This document shows, piece by piece, positions 46,519 to 55,733 of a DNA stretch of 64,000 nt. Both the position numbers and the translations under genes were made by a program. The notes below the pieces were generated by a model, which saw only the letters and a program-made list of their open reading frames with translations, ran no database searches and had not been told where the DNA came from. The stretch is from an uncultured Candidatus Saccharibacteria bacterium. GTDB taxonomy: Bacteria; Patescibacteriota; Minisyncoccia; Phycocordibacterales; UBA5272. The first letter of the stretch is position 1; every line of letters begins with the position of its first letter. The stretch is from positions 44,335 to 108,334 of the forward strand of contig CAYWEW010000002.1 in the NCBI GenBank assembly GCA_964457775.1, in the 5' to 3' direction.

Positions 46519-48033
46519 ATGCCTCCAAATGATCAAGAGAAAATTGGACTTTTCGTAAAAAAACTTCGTGAAGAGCGTGGAATGACACAAGGAGATTTTG
46601 CAAAATCACTCAAAACTTCTCAATCGGCTGTTGCTCGCATTGAGTCGGGAAATCAGAATGTAACTATTGACCAACTCATGAAAATGGGTGAAGTTCTTAA
46701 ACATAATATTGTAACCCTTCAAGATACTATTGATTTTGAAGTTGACGGTGGTCGTAAATTATCTGGAAGCATAGAAACTAACACTTCAAAAAATGGTGCG
46801 ATTAATATGATGGTGGCAGCACTTGTTAATTCTGGTACCACAACTTTAAGAGACATACCGCACATAGAGGAGGTGCACAGGTACAAAGAATTACTTGAAA
46901 GTGTCGGTGTGAAAATACGTTGGGTTCATAATGATACAGCTCTAGAAATCAAACCGCCGAAGAAACTTTTATTTTCGAAAATGGATAAAGACGTCGCTGT
47001 GCGTATAAGATCATTTACTTTTGCTGGGGCGTTTATTCATTATACAAACTCATTCAACCTCCCTCACTCAGGTGGGTGTAAAATGGGCGAAAGAACTGTC
47101 GCTTCACACAAATATGCTTTGGAGTATTTGGGGGTACACATAGACACCAAGCAAAACTACTACACTATTTCTCATAAAAACTTACACTCTGGCACCATTC
47201 CCTTGTATGAATCATCAGACACAGGTGCTATTACTGCAATTATTGCAGCTTCAAGAATAGAAGGCGCTACTACCATAAAATTTGCTCCGCCGAATTATCA
47301 AGTTCAAGATGTGTGTTTCTTACTTGAAAGGTTTGGTATTAAAATTGATGGAATTGGTTCTACAACCCTTGTTGTCCATGGTAAAAAAGACATAAATGTT
47401 GATGCTGAACACTATAATAGTGAAGATCCAATTGAGAGTATGTTTTTTATTTCGGCCGGAATAGTAACAAAATCAAAGCTTACCATTACACGTTGCCCAA
47501 AAGAATTTCTAACTCTTGAACTGGAAAAATTGAAGCGTATGGGGCTTATGTTTAAATTATCAAAAGAATATCTTGCTAAAAATGGAAGAACTGTATTGTT
47601 TGATATTACTATTTCCCCTTCTAAGTTAATTGCACCTCATGAAAAAATCCACACTCAACCTTTCCCTGGAATCAACAACGACAATCTTCCGTTCTTTGTG
47701 CCAATCTGTTGCTTTGCAGAAGGTCAGACACTTATCCATGATTGGACATGGGAGAATCGCGCTATTTATTTTACAGAATTAAACCGTCTTGGTGCAGATA
47801 TAAAGCTTCTAGACCCACACCGAGCATTAGTCACTGGTGTAAAGAAATTAAGAGGCTCACAAATTGTCTCCCCTCCAGCACTTCGCCCTACGGCAATTAT
47901 TTTAATCACAATGCTTGCATGTGAAGGAAAATCACTTCTTCGCAATGTATATTCTATTAAGCGTGGATATGCAGATATTGCGGAGCGCCTCAATTCAATA
48001 GGGGCAAAAATTACTGTTATTAGAGGAGTGTAG
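46519..48033 (+). CDS. murA: XRE-family HTH domain fused to a UDP-N-acetylglucosamine 1-carboxyvinyltransferase (MurA) homolog
   Basis: N-terminal ~60 aa LREERGMTQGDFAKSLKTSQSAVARIESGNQNVTIDQL (XRE HTH). The rest aligns with MurA: LSGSIETNTSKNGAINMMVAALV vs [24 protein letters not shown], active-site GGCKMGERTV vs GGCTIGARPV, WENRAIYFTELNRLGA vs FENRFMHVPELSRMGA, IKRGYADIAERLNSIGAKI vs IDRGYERIEDKLRALGANI. Confidence 0.7.
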   Translation: MPPNDQEKIGLFVKKLREERGMTQGDFAKSLKTSQSAVARIESGNQNVTIDQLMKMGEVLKHNIVTLQDTIDFEVDGGRKLSGSIETNTSKNGAINMMVAALVNSGTTTLRDIPHIEEVHRYKELLESVGVKIRWVHNDTALEIKPPKKLLFSKMDKDVAVRIRSFTFAGAFIHYTNSFNLPHSGGCKMGERTVASHKYALEYLGVHIDTKQNYYTISHKNLHSGTIPLYESSDTGAITAIIAASRIEGATTIKFAPPNYQVQDVCFLLERFGIKIDGIGSTTLVVHGKKDINVDAEHYNSEDPIESMFFISAGIVTKSKLTITRCPKEFLTLELEKLKRMGLMFKLSKEYLAKNGRTVLFDITISPSKLIAPHEKIHTQPFPGINNDNLPFFVPICCFAEGQTLIHDWTWENRAIYFTELNRLGADIKLLDPHRALVTGVKKLRGSQIVSPPALRPTAIILITMLACEGKSLLRNVYSIKRGYADIAERLNSIGAKITVIRGV

Positions 48034-48050
48034 ACTAATCATTAGTGGAA

Positions 48051-48617
48051 CTAGTAATCTCCACTTGCCCCACCACCACCAAAGTCACCATCACCTGGGG
48101 AAAGAGAGGTTTCACCTTGTACTAGGGTATCTTCTTGTGTAGGCACTACTTCATTAACTGGAGATTCATCAGAATTTATTAATGAAGCAGCAACAAGTGA
48201 AGCAGCTCCAATAGCAAGGAGGTCAACGCTATCACTTTCACTTCCTTCCCCCATTCTTATAGAAGCTTCTTCGTGTTTCCGTTTTTTTGACCCCTCATGT
48301 TTATGTAAAGCTTGGTTATAAATTATTGGAAATTCGTACCAAAGAAAATTAGCCAAAGCCGCTTCATTAACACTTCTTAATTTTGATATAAATACATATA
48401 AGTCACCAACACTTTTAATAAATTTTGCCTTTGCATCGGTATAACTTTTCTCAGCTACTTTCAATTTTTTATCAAATATAAAACTACTAAACTTATCCCT
48501 TTCTAGTGTAAAATCATCGAGAGTTTTGCTAAGATTTTTAGCTAATTCTAACTTTTCATTAAATGAAGGTTCTTGCTCTTGGCTATTTTTTGATACATTT
48601 TCTTGTATTGTTTCCAT
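48051..48617 (-). CDS. hypothetical protein (188 aa)
   Basis: ORF track only. Acidic C-terminus with Gly-rich tail. Confidence 0.4.
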   Translation of the reverse strand: METIQENVSKNSQEQEPSFNEKLELAKNLSKTLDDFTLERDKFSSFIFDKKLKVAEKSYTDAKAKFIKSVGDLYVFISKLRSVNEAALANFLWYEFPIIYNQALHKHEGSKKRKHEEASIRMGEGSESDSVDLLAIGAASLVAASLINSDESPVNEVVPTQEDTLVQGETSLSPGDGDFGGGGASGDY

Positions 48618-48670
48618 ATCATTTTATTGTACCATTTTTGGTTACGTAATTTATGTTCAACAGACAAACA

Positions 48671-49468
48671 CTAGTCCAGTGCTGTTTTTCCTTCTTTTCT
48701 TGGCATTCCATGTTTTGGAAATGAAACATAAAAAGTTGTACCAACATCTTTTGTAGATATAAACCAAATACCCCCTCCGAACTTACCTACAATCTCATTA
48801 GTGATATATAAGTTAAGTCCTGCCCCTTTTGATTCTTCATTATTAGCTACATTACCTGCCTTAAAAAGTTTCCCAAAGATTTTATCTTTATCTTCTTCTG
48901 GTATTCCAATACCATTATCAGATACAGAAAAAACAAGAGCATCGTCTTTTATGTTTTTATTACCACACTCTTCTCCTTGTTTATATTCTTTAATGTTTAT
49001 ATTTATTACACCTTCTTCTTTTGAGAATATAATTGCATTGGAGATGAGATTACGCATCAGCACCAAACATATCTGTTTATCAACAGATATGTTTGGAATC
49101 ATGCCAGGAATAGCACTTTCATACATTTCCTGAATATATAATTTTTTACCTTCAATACTATTCTTATACTCTGTAACTACTTGTTTCACTAGGAACCTAA
49201 GGTCAGTATCCGTTGGGTTGATACTAAAAGTACCCAGGTCTAACCTGGATACGTTTAGTAATGACTTAATGAGGTCAATAGCTCTTTGGTTACTTGTTTG
49301 TATGGTCTTTAGATATTTGACTTGATCAACATTAAGCTCTCCACAGTCACCATCCAACAACATCTCTGTATACCATTTTACAACAGACAGTGGTGTTCTT
49401 AGTTCATGTGATGCAAGTGATAATAAATTATCACTTTCTTTATGTTGTCCATCATTTTCCTGAACCAT
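48671..49468 (-). CDS. cytoplasmic sensor histidine kinase (HisKA + HATPase_c, no TM or sensor domain)
   Basis: H-box SHELRTPLSVVKWYTEML, N-box (LMRNLISNAIIFS), and G1/G2 boxes (DNGIGIP, GAGLNLYI). Confidence 0.85.
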   Translation of the reverse strand: MVQENDGQHKESDNLLSLASHELRTPLSVVKWYTEMLLDGDCGELNVDQVKYLKTIQTSNQRAIDLIKSLLNVSRLDLGTFSINPTDTDLRFLVKQVVTEYKNSIEGKKLYIQEMYESAIPGMIPNISVDKQICLVLMRNLISNAIIFSKEEGVININIKEYKQGEECGNKNIKDDALVFSVSDNGIGIPEEDKDKIFGKLFKAGNVANNEESKGAGLNLYITNEIVGKFGGGIWFISTKDVGTTFYVSFPKHGMPRKEGKTALD

Positions 49469-49479
49469 AATTGTAATTG

Positions 49480-49935
49480 CTACCTTGTTACAGTAATTAC
49501 CGCACCTTGTTCTGGATATTGAGCTACAACTGTAATGCGCCCACTTCCATTTTGACTAATCATATAACCAGCACCGTCTGCGTTCACCTTCTGAGGTTCA
49601 GAAGGAATACCTACTAGATATTTACCGTTAAGAGTAAGAACTGACAAATCAATATAACCAACACAAGATGCAGCTCCAGAAGCACAGACCTCTGTTGAGG
49701 TACCTGTAATCCCTGCTGGAAGTACACCATTGTTATCAATTGAGTACTGATATGCTGCGTTAAGAATAGTAGCAACATCTGAACGACGTTGTGCGTTACG
49801 AGTATCACCCAATTGCTTTCCTGGGTTAATAGCTACGATAACGATACCAGCCAAGATGGCGATTGCTGCAACTACCAAAAGGATTTCAATAAGTGTAAAC
49901 CCTTTTTGACTTCGAAGTAGTTTTTTCATAAACAA
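49480..49935 (-). CDS. pilA: type IV pilin (major pilin candidate A)
   Basis: Class III signal peptide ...LRSQKG^FTLIEILLVVAAIAILAGIVIVAINP (Glu+5), and a C-terminal disulfide pair. Confidence 0.85.
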   Translation of the reverse strand: MFMKKLLRSQKGFTLIEILLVVAAIAILAGIVIVAINPGKQLGDTRNAQRRSDVATILNAAYQYSIDNNGVLPAGITGTSTEVCASGAASCVGYIDLSVLTLNGKYLVGIPSEPQKVNADGAGYMISQNGSGRITVVAQYPEQGAVITVTR

Positions 49936-49942
49936 GAAAAAT

Positions 49943-50392
49943 TTATCTTGTTACAGAAATAACCTTACTTTGTTCAGCTAATGGTGCTGCAACGGTAATA
50001 CGTCCATTTGCATCTCTTGCAATTGTGTAACCAGCTCCGTTTGCTGTAACCTTCTGTGGATCTGATGGAATACCTACTAGGTATTTACCATTAAGAGCAA
50101 GTATTGATAGATCTATAACACTTGTACAGTTTGCTGCACCTTGAGCACAAATCTCAGTTGAAGTTGCTGTAATTCCTGCTGGAAGTACACCATTGTTATC
50201 AATTGAGTATTGATATGCTGCGTTAAGAATAGTTGTAACATCTGATTGACGTTGTGCGTTACGAGTATCACCCAATTGCTTTCCTGGGTTAATAGCTACG
50301 ATAACGATACCAGCCAAGATGGCGATTGCTGCAACTACCAAAAGGATTTCAATAAGTGTAAACCCTTTTTGACTGCGAAGTAAATTTTTCAT
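49943..50392 (-). CDS. pilA: type IV pilin (major pilin candidate B, paralog of 49480..49935)
   Basis: N-terminal ~60 aa identical to the adjacent pilin. Variable C-terminal domain. Confidence 0.85.
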   Translation of the reverse strand: MKNLLRSQKGFTLIEILLVVAAIAILAGIVIVAINPGKQLGDTRNAQRQSDVTTILNAAYQYSIDNNGVLPAGITATSTEICAQGAANCTSVIDLSILALNGKYLVGIPSDPQKVTANGAGYTIARDANGRITVAAPLAEQSKVISVTR

Positions 50393-50585
50393 AAAATGAA
50401 ATGATTTTTTGTATTAAAACAAATTAAACTTTTAATAATTGACCCTGTAGCAAATAACTTGCACAGATTCGAACTTTTTATATGTATATAAAACACATAT
50501 TAAAACGAGCGAAATTTGTAAGTTATTTTAACAGTGCCAGAGCACAAATAACCTACCATAATTAGTATATCAAATAAAAAGGCCT

Positions 50586-51011
50586 TTAAAAGTCCCCAAC
50601 CTCCTGCCATGAGGATAAGATTATTGCTGGGGTTGTTGTGGATACAACTATTTTTACCTTACTTGATAAGGTTCCTGTGATTCCTGTTGCATTAATCGTT
50701 ATATTTTGGCCATTTTGACTAGTTATTACATAAGAACAAGTGCCTGAGCCAATTATTAAATTTGCAGTACTAGACGTTGTGCCAGTTTCTAGTATTTTTT
50801 GTAGGGCCTCTTCTCCACATGAAGAAGCTAGCACTTTCGCACTTCCAGATTGCTGTACAGCAAAGTCAGTTTTTGAAGTACTTATACCAATCAACATAAT
50901 AGAAAGCATCACTGCAGTACCTATCGCACCAACCACAATAACCGAAAGTAATGCAATATACCCCCTGTTTACTTCTTTTTTATTTTTAGTGATATATAAA
51001 ATGATAGACAT
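50586..51011 (-). CDS. pilin-like protein (non-canonical leader)
   Basis: Hydrophobic N-terminus RGYIALLSVIVVGAIGTAV followed by a Ser/Thr-rich domain with two Cys. Within the pilus operon. Confidence 0.5.
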   Translation of the reverse strand: MSIILYITKNKKEVNRGYIALLSVIVVGAIGTAVMLSIMLIGISTSKTDFAVQQSGSAKVLASSCGEEALQKILETGTTSSTANLIIGSGTCSYVITSQNGQNITINATGITGTLSSKVKIVVSTTTPAIILSSWQEVGDF

Positions 51012-51013
51012 AT

Positions 51014-51547
51014 CTATTGACGTAGCGTAGCACTTCCTGTGAACGATTTTGAGAAAGAGTTTTCATTTCGTCCATTTGCATTATTATGGTCAATATTAAA
51101 AGACACTCTTACAATTCTATCTGTAGAACTTGCTGAGGAAATATTCTGAAAGACAAAAGATGAAACAGTGATGTGAGAATTTGTAATTGGTATTGCTGCA
51201 TTTGACCCCTCTTTAACTCTAACTACACCATTTACAATATCAAAAACCGTTGGACTAAGAAGAGGGTCGGACATAGTAATAGATAAGGATGTGCTCGTTG
51301 CGCCAATTATCGGATTATCTATACTTCTAGCATTTCTAACAGATTGAGTTATTAATTGCATAACCTGTAACCCTTGTTGATTGACGTCTAATATTGATTG
51401 ATTTTTTACTCTTTGACCTAAAATAAATGATAAAAATAAAGACAAAGACAATAATATTACTGAGGAAATAACAACATAAAGAAGCATTTCTACTAGAGAT
51501 AGACCTCTTACTGATTTGGAGAGTATTTTCATAATTAAAATTGCCAA
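51014..51547 (-). CDS. pseudopilin / minor pilin
   Basis: Prepilin motif SVRG^LSLVEMLLYVVISSVILL. Confidence 0.7.
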   Translation of the reverse strand: MAILIMKILSKSVRGLSLVEMLLYVVISSVILLSLSLFLSFILGQRVKNQSILDVNQQGLQVMQLITQSVRNARSIDNPIIGATSTSLSITMSDPLLSPTVFDIVNGVVRVKEGSNAAIPITNSHITVSSFVFQNISSASSTDRIVRVSFNIDHNNANGRNENSFSKSFTGSATLRQ

Positions 51548-53862
51548 AATGCGAATGAGAAAGGAGATGAGATAACTTGCGGTAATGTTGTTTCAAGTGC
51601 TCCGGCATCTGAGTTAGTCCAAGTAAGTGTAGATGTTCCTGTTAAGCTTAACCTTTTAGCAAACAAATCACTAGAACTATCCGAAGTAACATACATCAAT
51701 TGACTCCTGTCCACTGGATCCATATATATATCCATATATCCACGTGATGTAGCCATCGATGGACTTACTGCAAAATCTGGCTGACGAGTGAACACCCCAA
51801 GATTCCCAGTGTGCCAATTAATGTTACCTGAATTAATATCTGAATACACAACAACTGAACGAGTAGTTGACCCAACTGTAACCCATCCTGTTGTAACAAG
51901 CTTAGAGGCAGTGTAAGGGACGGTACAAGTTGTGTCCACATTCGCTGTGTTAGTCCAAGCTGAACCACTCCAGTAACCAAGTTGAAGATCACCACCTGCA
52001 TTTCCAATAGAAGCAAAGACCATTTCATTTGTATTTGGATTCGCTGAAATATCAAGTGAGGTGGCATCGTCTAAAAATGTTGGCGGGGTGGTGACTGCCC
52101 CCCATGTACAATTAGCTATTCCACCAGTACAAACTCTATATCTAGCTCCGTTTGTCCCATTATTACCATTCGCATTTCCCCATACAAGCATAAGATCACC
52201 AGATAGTGACTCATATTCTATATCCATGTTTTCAATGTCATGTGATGCAGAAATTCTTTCAACATTACTATCAGTTACTGATCCAGGCTCATTTACCCAT
52301 GCTGACCCGTCCCAAATTTTAGCAGATATATCTTCACTGGTATCAACCCATGTAACAGCAAGCAGATTTGACCCCGCCCGTCTATCTTGAGCAAGTTTTA
52401 CATACATAATATCATTCGATGTGCGAAGGGGGTCAAGTAATGTTTCACCTGACCAATTACCAGAACCGCATCCAGTATTTCCTGGCTTTGTACGATAACC
52501 AAGCTGTCCAGGATTATGTGTTCCTTTACTATAAATAACCATTGCATCCCCTGTTGTTTTTTCAAAATTTATATCATTTCTATGTCTGTTACCTACACCC
52601 CCTGAGGCTGCTATAAATTCTTGAGTCCACGCTGTTCCGTTAAAACACATAACAATAAGTGATCCTGTTGAATCGTAGTAACCTGCAATAGCGGTATGAT
52701 TAACTGGGGATGTTTTAATTATCCATGTAGGGCCTACTGTTGCAGTGAAAGTTGAAGTTTCTGCACTAAATGTATTATCGTTATTGTTATATGTCCTAAA
52801 CTTTGGAATATTTGTACCATCACCATAAATAATAAGGCCAGATAACGATGTACTTCCTCCTGGTCCACCAGGTAACTGTATTTCTTCATTAGTTAACATA
52901 CAAGTTTTAGAGTCTCCAGAAATAAGTGAGATTGTTCCATCTGTAAAACACTGACCACTGAAAGTTAAATTATATTGTGAGCTAGTTGCATTAGAAAGAA
53001 TATACGTCCCTGAATCAACTGTTGTTGTTGCCCCGATTGTTATAGTGGTAGAACCGATTTTATATGGAGCAAAATCTGCTACTGTTTTGTTTCCACCATG
53101 ATTAATCACTGTACCAGTAGCATACACATATGAAAGTTTTTCCTCATTTGTAATCGTACATAACTTAGAGGATGACGCGAGCAACGTAACTTGACCACTT
53201 GCATTACAATCACCACTGAATGTTTGTATATAATTTGAGTTAACTGTTTCTGAAACTATATAAGTACCTGCCCCAAATTTAGTTGATGTTCCTAATTGTA
53301 CTGTTGTGGTCCCAACTTTATATGGAGCAAATGCTGCGGAAGTATTATTTAAACCATGATTGATTACGACTTTATTCACCATCAACCCCTGTCCTAGATT
53401 AAGTACGGTCTTCCAATTAGTTAACCTACCAACAGTTGAAACACTTCCATCTCTACCATGAGCTTGTTGCCAGGTCACATTTGTTGTAACACTTTTCCTA
53501 TTTGCATCGATTGTAGAAATTGTTACCTTTCTAGTAAAAATACCTGATACGTCCTGATTCCCTGATAATGTCCAGGCGTTGTTTGAATAAACAAGCCCAT
53601 ATGTTCCATCAGTAATATTGGCAAAGTTAACATTCTTCATACTACGGACAGCTTCCTGGCCTTCTTCTGCGAGCATAACAGCTTGTGACCTATTTCCAGC
53701 TAAAAGTGAAGATTCCATTCCGTAATAAAAAACTCCAGTAAATGCAGTCAAGAAAATTATAAAGAGCGAACTCGATAATAATATTTCTACTAACAAAAAC
53801 CCTCTTGAGTTCTTAGTAGTCAACCATTCCTTTTTGATTAATTGTGACATTTCTTGTTTCAT
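51535..53862 (-). CDS. large prepilin-leader protein (about 775 aa): putative pilus-associated adhesin / minor pilin
   Basis: NSRG^FLLVEILLSSSLFIIFLTAF prepilin N-terminus, then a ~740-aa Ser/Thr/Gly/Asn-rich domain with internal repeats (INHGGNKTVADFAPYKIGSTT / INHGLNNTSAAFAPYKVGTTT). The start is uncertain; the ORF track extends to 53931. Confidence 0.65.
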   Translation of the reverse strand: MKQEMSQLIKKEWLTTKNSRGFLLVEILLSSSLFIIFLTAFTGVFYYGMESSLLAGNRSQAVMLAEEGQEAVRSMKNVNFANITDGTYGLVYSNNAWTLSGNQDVSGIFTRKVTISTIDANRKSVTTNVTWQQAHGRDGSVSTVGRLTNWKTVLNLGQGLMVNKVVINHGLNNTSAAFAPYKVGTTTVQLGTSTKFGAGTYIVSETVNSNYIQTFSGDCNASGQVTLLASSSKLCTITNEEKLSYVYATGTVINHGGNKTVADFAPYKIGSTTITIGATTTVDSGTYILSNATSSQYNLTFSGQCFTDGTISLISGDSKTCMLTNEEIQLPGGPGGSTSLSGLIIYGDGTNIPKFRTYNNNDNTFSAETSTFTATVGPTWIIKTSPVNHTAIAGYYDSTGSLIVMCFNGTAWTQEFIAASGGVGNRHRNDINFEKTTGDAMVIYSKGTHNPGQLGYRTKPGNTGCGSGNWSGETLLDPLRTSNDIMYVKLAQDRRAGSNLLAVTWVDTSEDISAKIWDGSAWVNEPGSVTDSNVERISASHDIENMDIEYESLSGDLMLVWGNANGNNGTNGARYRVCTGGIANCTWGAVTTPPTFLDDATSLDISANPNTNEMVFASIGNAGGDLQLGYWSGSAWTNTANVDTTCTVPYTASKLVTTGWVTVGSTTRSVVVYSDINSGNINWHTGNLGVFTRQPDFAVSPSMATSRGYMDIYMDPVDRSQLMYVTSDSSSDLFAKRLSLTGTSTLTWTNSDAGALETTLPQVISSPFSFAFWQF

Positions 53863-54367
53863 TGGTAACTGACGTAAATGTTGTTGTTCCTGTACTTTGC
53901 GGCAAACCAGCCTGTTTTGAAAAATAAACATCGTTTAATCCTGAAATAATAATACTTCCAGATATTTCAGTTATTTCATCAAATGTTTGATCTCTTAAAA
54001 CAAAACTTTGCCCTTTGTATATAAGTATACTCCCTGTTGCCACATGTACCCCCCATGAACTATCCCCATCTGTAATTTGAGAAAGCATTTGCGCTCTTCT
54101 GTAATCTTGCACTAATGTAACTACAGCTATATCCATATCATTCCTAACATTAAAAGTTCTGTATAATGGCATCGTCATTCCAAATATCATTGCGAGTATG
54201 GAAAGTGAAAGTGCGACTTCTGCCATTGTAAAACCTTTGACAGAAAGTATCGAGTAGCGTGTAGTATGTAGCTGGGAGGAATTCACTTCGTGAAGTTCTC
54301 CTGCTATTTGTTTCTTAATTCTTAATTCTTCCTTCATAATTAATTTAGACTGCATTAAGGCCTCCAA
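53813..54367 (-). CDS. pseudopilin / minor pilin
   Basis: Prepilin motif VKG^FTMAEVALSLSILAMIF. Overlaps the pilC stop by 23 nt. Confidence 0.7.
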   Translation of the reverse strand: MEALMQSKLIMKEELRIKKQIAGELHEVNSSQLHTTRYSILSVKGFTMAEVALSLSILAMIFGMTMPLYRTFNVRNDMDIAVVTLVQDYRRAQMLSQITDGDSSWGVHVATGSILIYKGQSFVLRDQTFDEITEISGSIIISGLNDVYFSKQAGLPQSTGTTTFTSVTNETRNVTINQKGMVDY

Positions 54368-55730
54368 CCAAACTATAAATAGGCAAAATAACAGCGAAAG
54401 CTACGGCAACCACACCCGCCCACACAATCACAAGCAATATTGGCTCCATGATAATTGTAAGATTCTTTGTAGTTGTGTCCGATTTTTCCTCAAGTACCTG
54501 ACCAATTTTAAGAAGGGTTTTATTAAGATTACCTGATTGTTCACCAGAAAAAACTAGCTGTTGCATCGGCTGAAGAATAAGCTTATCCATCTTAGGGTAT
54601 GCCGCAAAACTTTTTTGAAATGAATTTCCCATTTCTATTGACTCCCGAAGATACACATAAAATTTCTTATATCTAACAGAATCTGATGCTCCAATCAATG
54701 AATCAATCGCTCGAGTAATAGGAAGGCCTGCCTCTAAAAGAGTACCTAGCAAATAACCAAAACGTGCAACCTCCACCTCCATCATTAGAGTATTGATACC
54801 TGGGATAGAATATAGAAATGATTCTCCTAAAAATTTTGTCTTTTCATTTATAAAAACAACATAAATAATAATACTTACAATTAAAAATGTGAGTGGAACA
54901 AACCAAATCCCATTTTTTTGTAAGAAAAGACCGAAACCAATAAGTATTTTTGTTATAAGAGGTAGAGTAAGTTTAAGGTCCGCAAAAATCTTGGCAAGTT
55001 TAGGGAGAATAGACCATGAAATACCAAGACCAATAACTACAACAAGAATAAGCACAAACGCTGGATACATAAGTGCTGATTTAACTTTTGATTTCAAATT
55101 TCTTTCTTTCTCTTGCTGTTCTGAAACTACCTTCAAATTTTCTGCAAATTTACCCGACTCTTCACCTATACGAATAAGTGATATCGTATAACCTTTAAAA
55201 AGATTTGTTCTGTCGAACGACTTCCAAAGTGGGTACCCTGCATCTAGTTCAGCAGAAATACTTTCCAATATTTTCTTCATTTGAGCATTTTTTGTATCTC
55301 TTGTGATTGCGGAAAGTGCTCCCATAATAGGCATACCAGACAGAACAAGCATACTTAAATTTTCTACGAAATGATCACGTTCTTTTGTAAGTCCGAATGT
55401 ATCAAAATACCCTAATTTCTTTTCGCTTATTTTAATAACTCTTGGTGTAGCTGTAACTGGGGCTGATGGTGCATCAGATTCCAAACTTTTAGTTTTCTTT
55501 GATGAAGAATTATCTTCAGGATTTTTTTCTTCCTTTACACTTTTATTATCTTTAACAGCTTCTATTTTTAAAGTATTAACGTTTTCTGTATTATTATCCT
55601 TGATTTCTTCTTTCTTTTTCTTTACAGGTAGTTCAGATTTTTTATTTAATATATTTTTCGAATCAGAAGACGATTCAGCAGAATCGTGTCTGGACATGCG
55701 ACCTCCTTTTAAATTATTCGTTTTCGCCAT
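54345..55730 (-). CDS. pilC: type IV pilus platform protein PilC (GspF family) with a ~120-aa Lys/Ser-rich N-terminal extension
   Basis: Two GspF-type repeats with three TM segments. The N-terminus is low complexity (SSDSKNILNKKSELPVKKKKEEIKDNN...). Confidence 0.85.
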   Translation of the reverse strand: MAKTNNLKGGRMSRHDSAESSSDSKNILNKKSELPVKKKKEEIKDNNTENVNTLKIEAVKDNKSVKEEKNPEDNSSSKKTKSLESDAPSAPVTATPRVIKISEKKLGYFDTFGLTKERDHFVENLSMLVLSGMPIMGALSAITRDTKNAQMKKILESISAELDAGYPLWKSFDRTNLFKGYTISLIRIGEESGKFAENLKVVSEQQEKERNLKSKVKSALMYPAFVLILVVVIGLGISWSILPKLAKIFADLKLTLPLITKILIGFGLFLQKNGIWFVPLTFLIVSIIIYVVFINEKTKFLGESFLYSIPGINTLMMEVEVARFGYLLGTLLEAGLPITRAIDSLIGASDSVRYKKFYVYLRESIEMGNSFQKSFAAYPKMDKLILQPMQQLVFSGEQSGNLNKTLLKIGQVLEEKSDTTTKNLTIIMEPILLVIVWAGVVAVAFAVILPIYSLVGGLNAV

Positions 55731-55733
55731 ATA

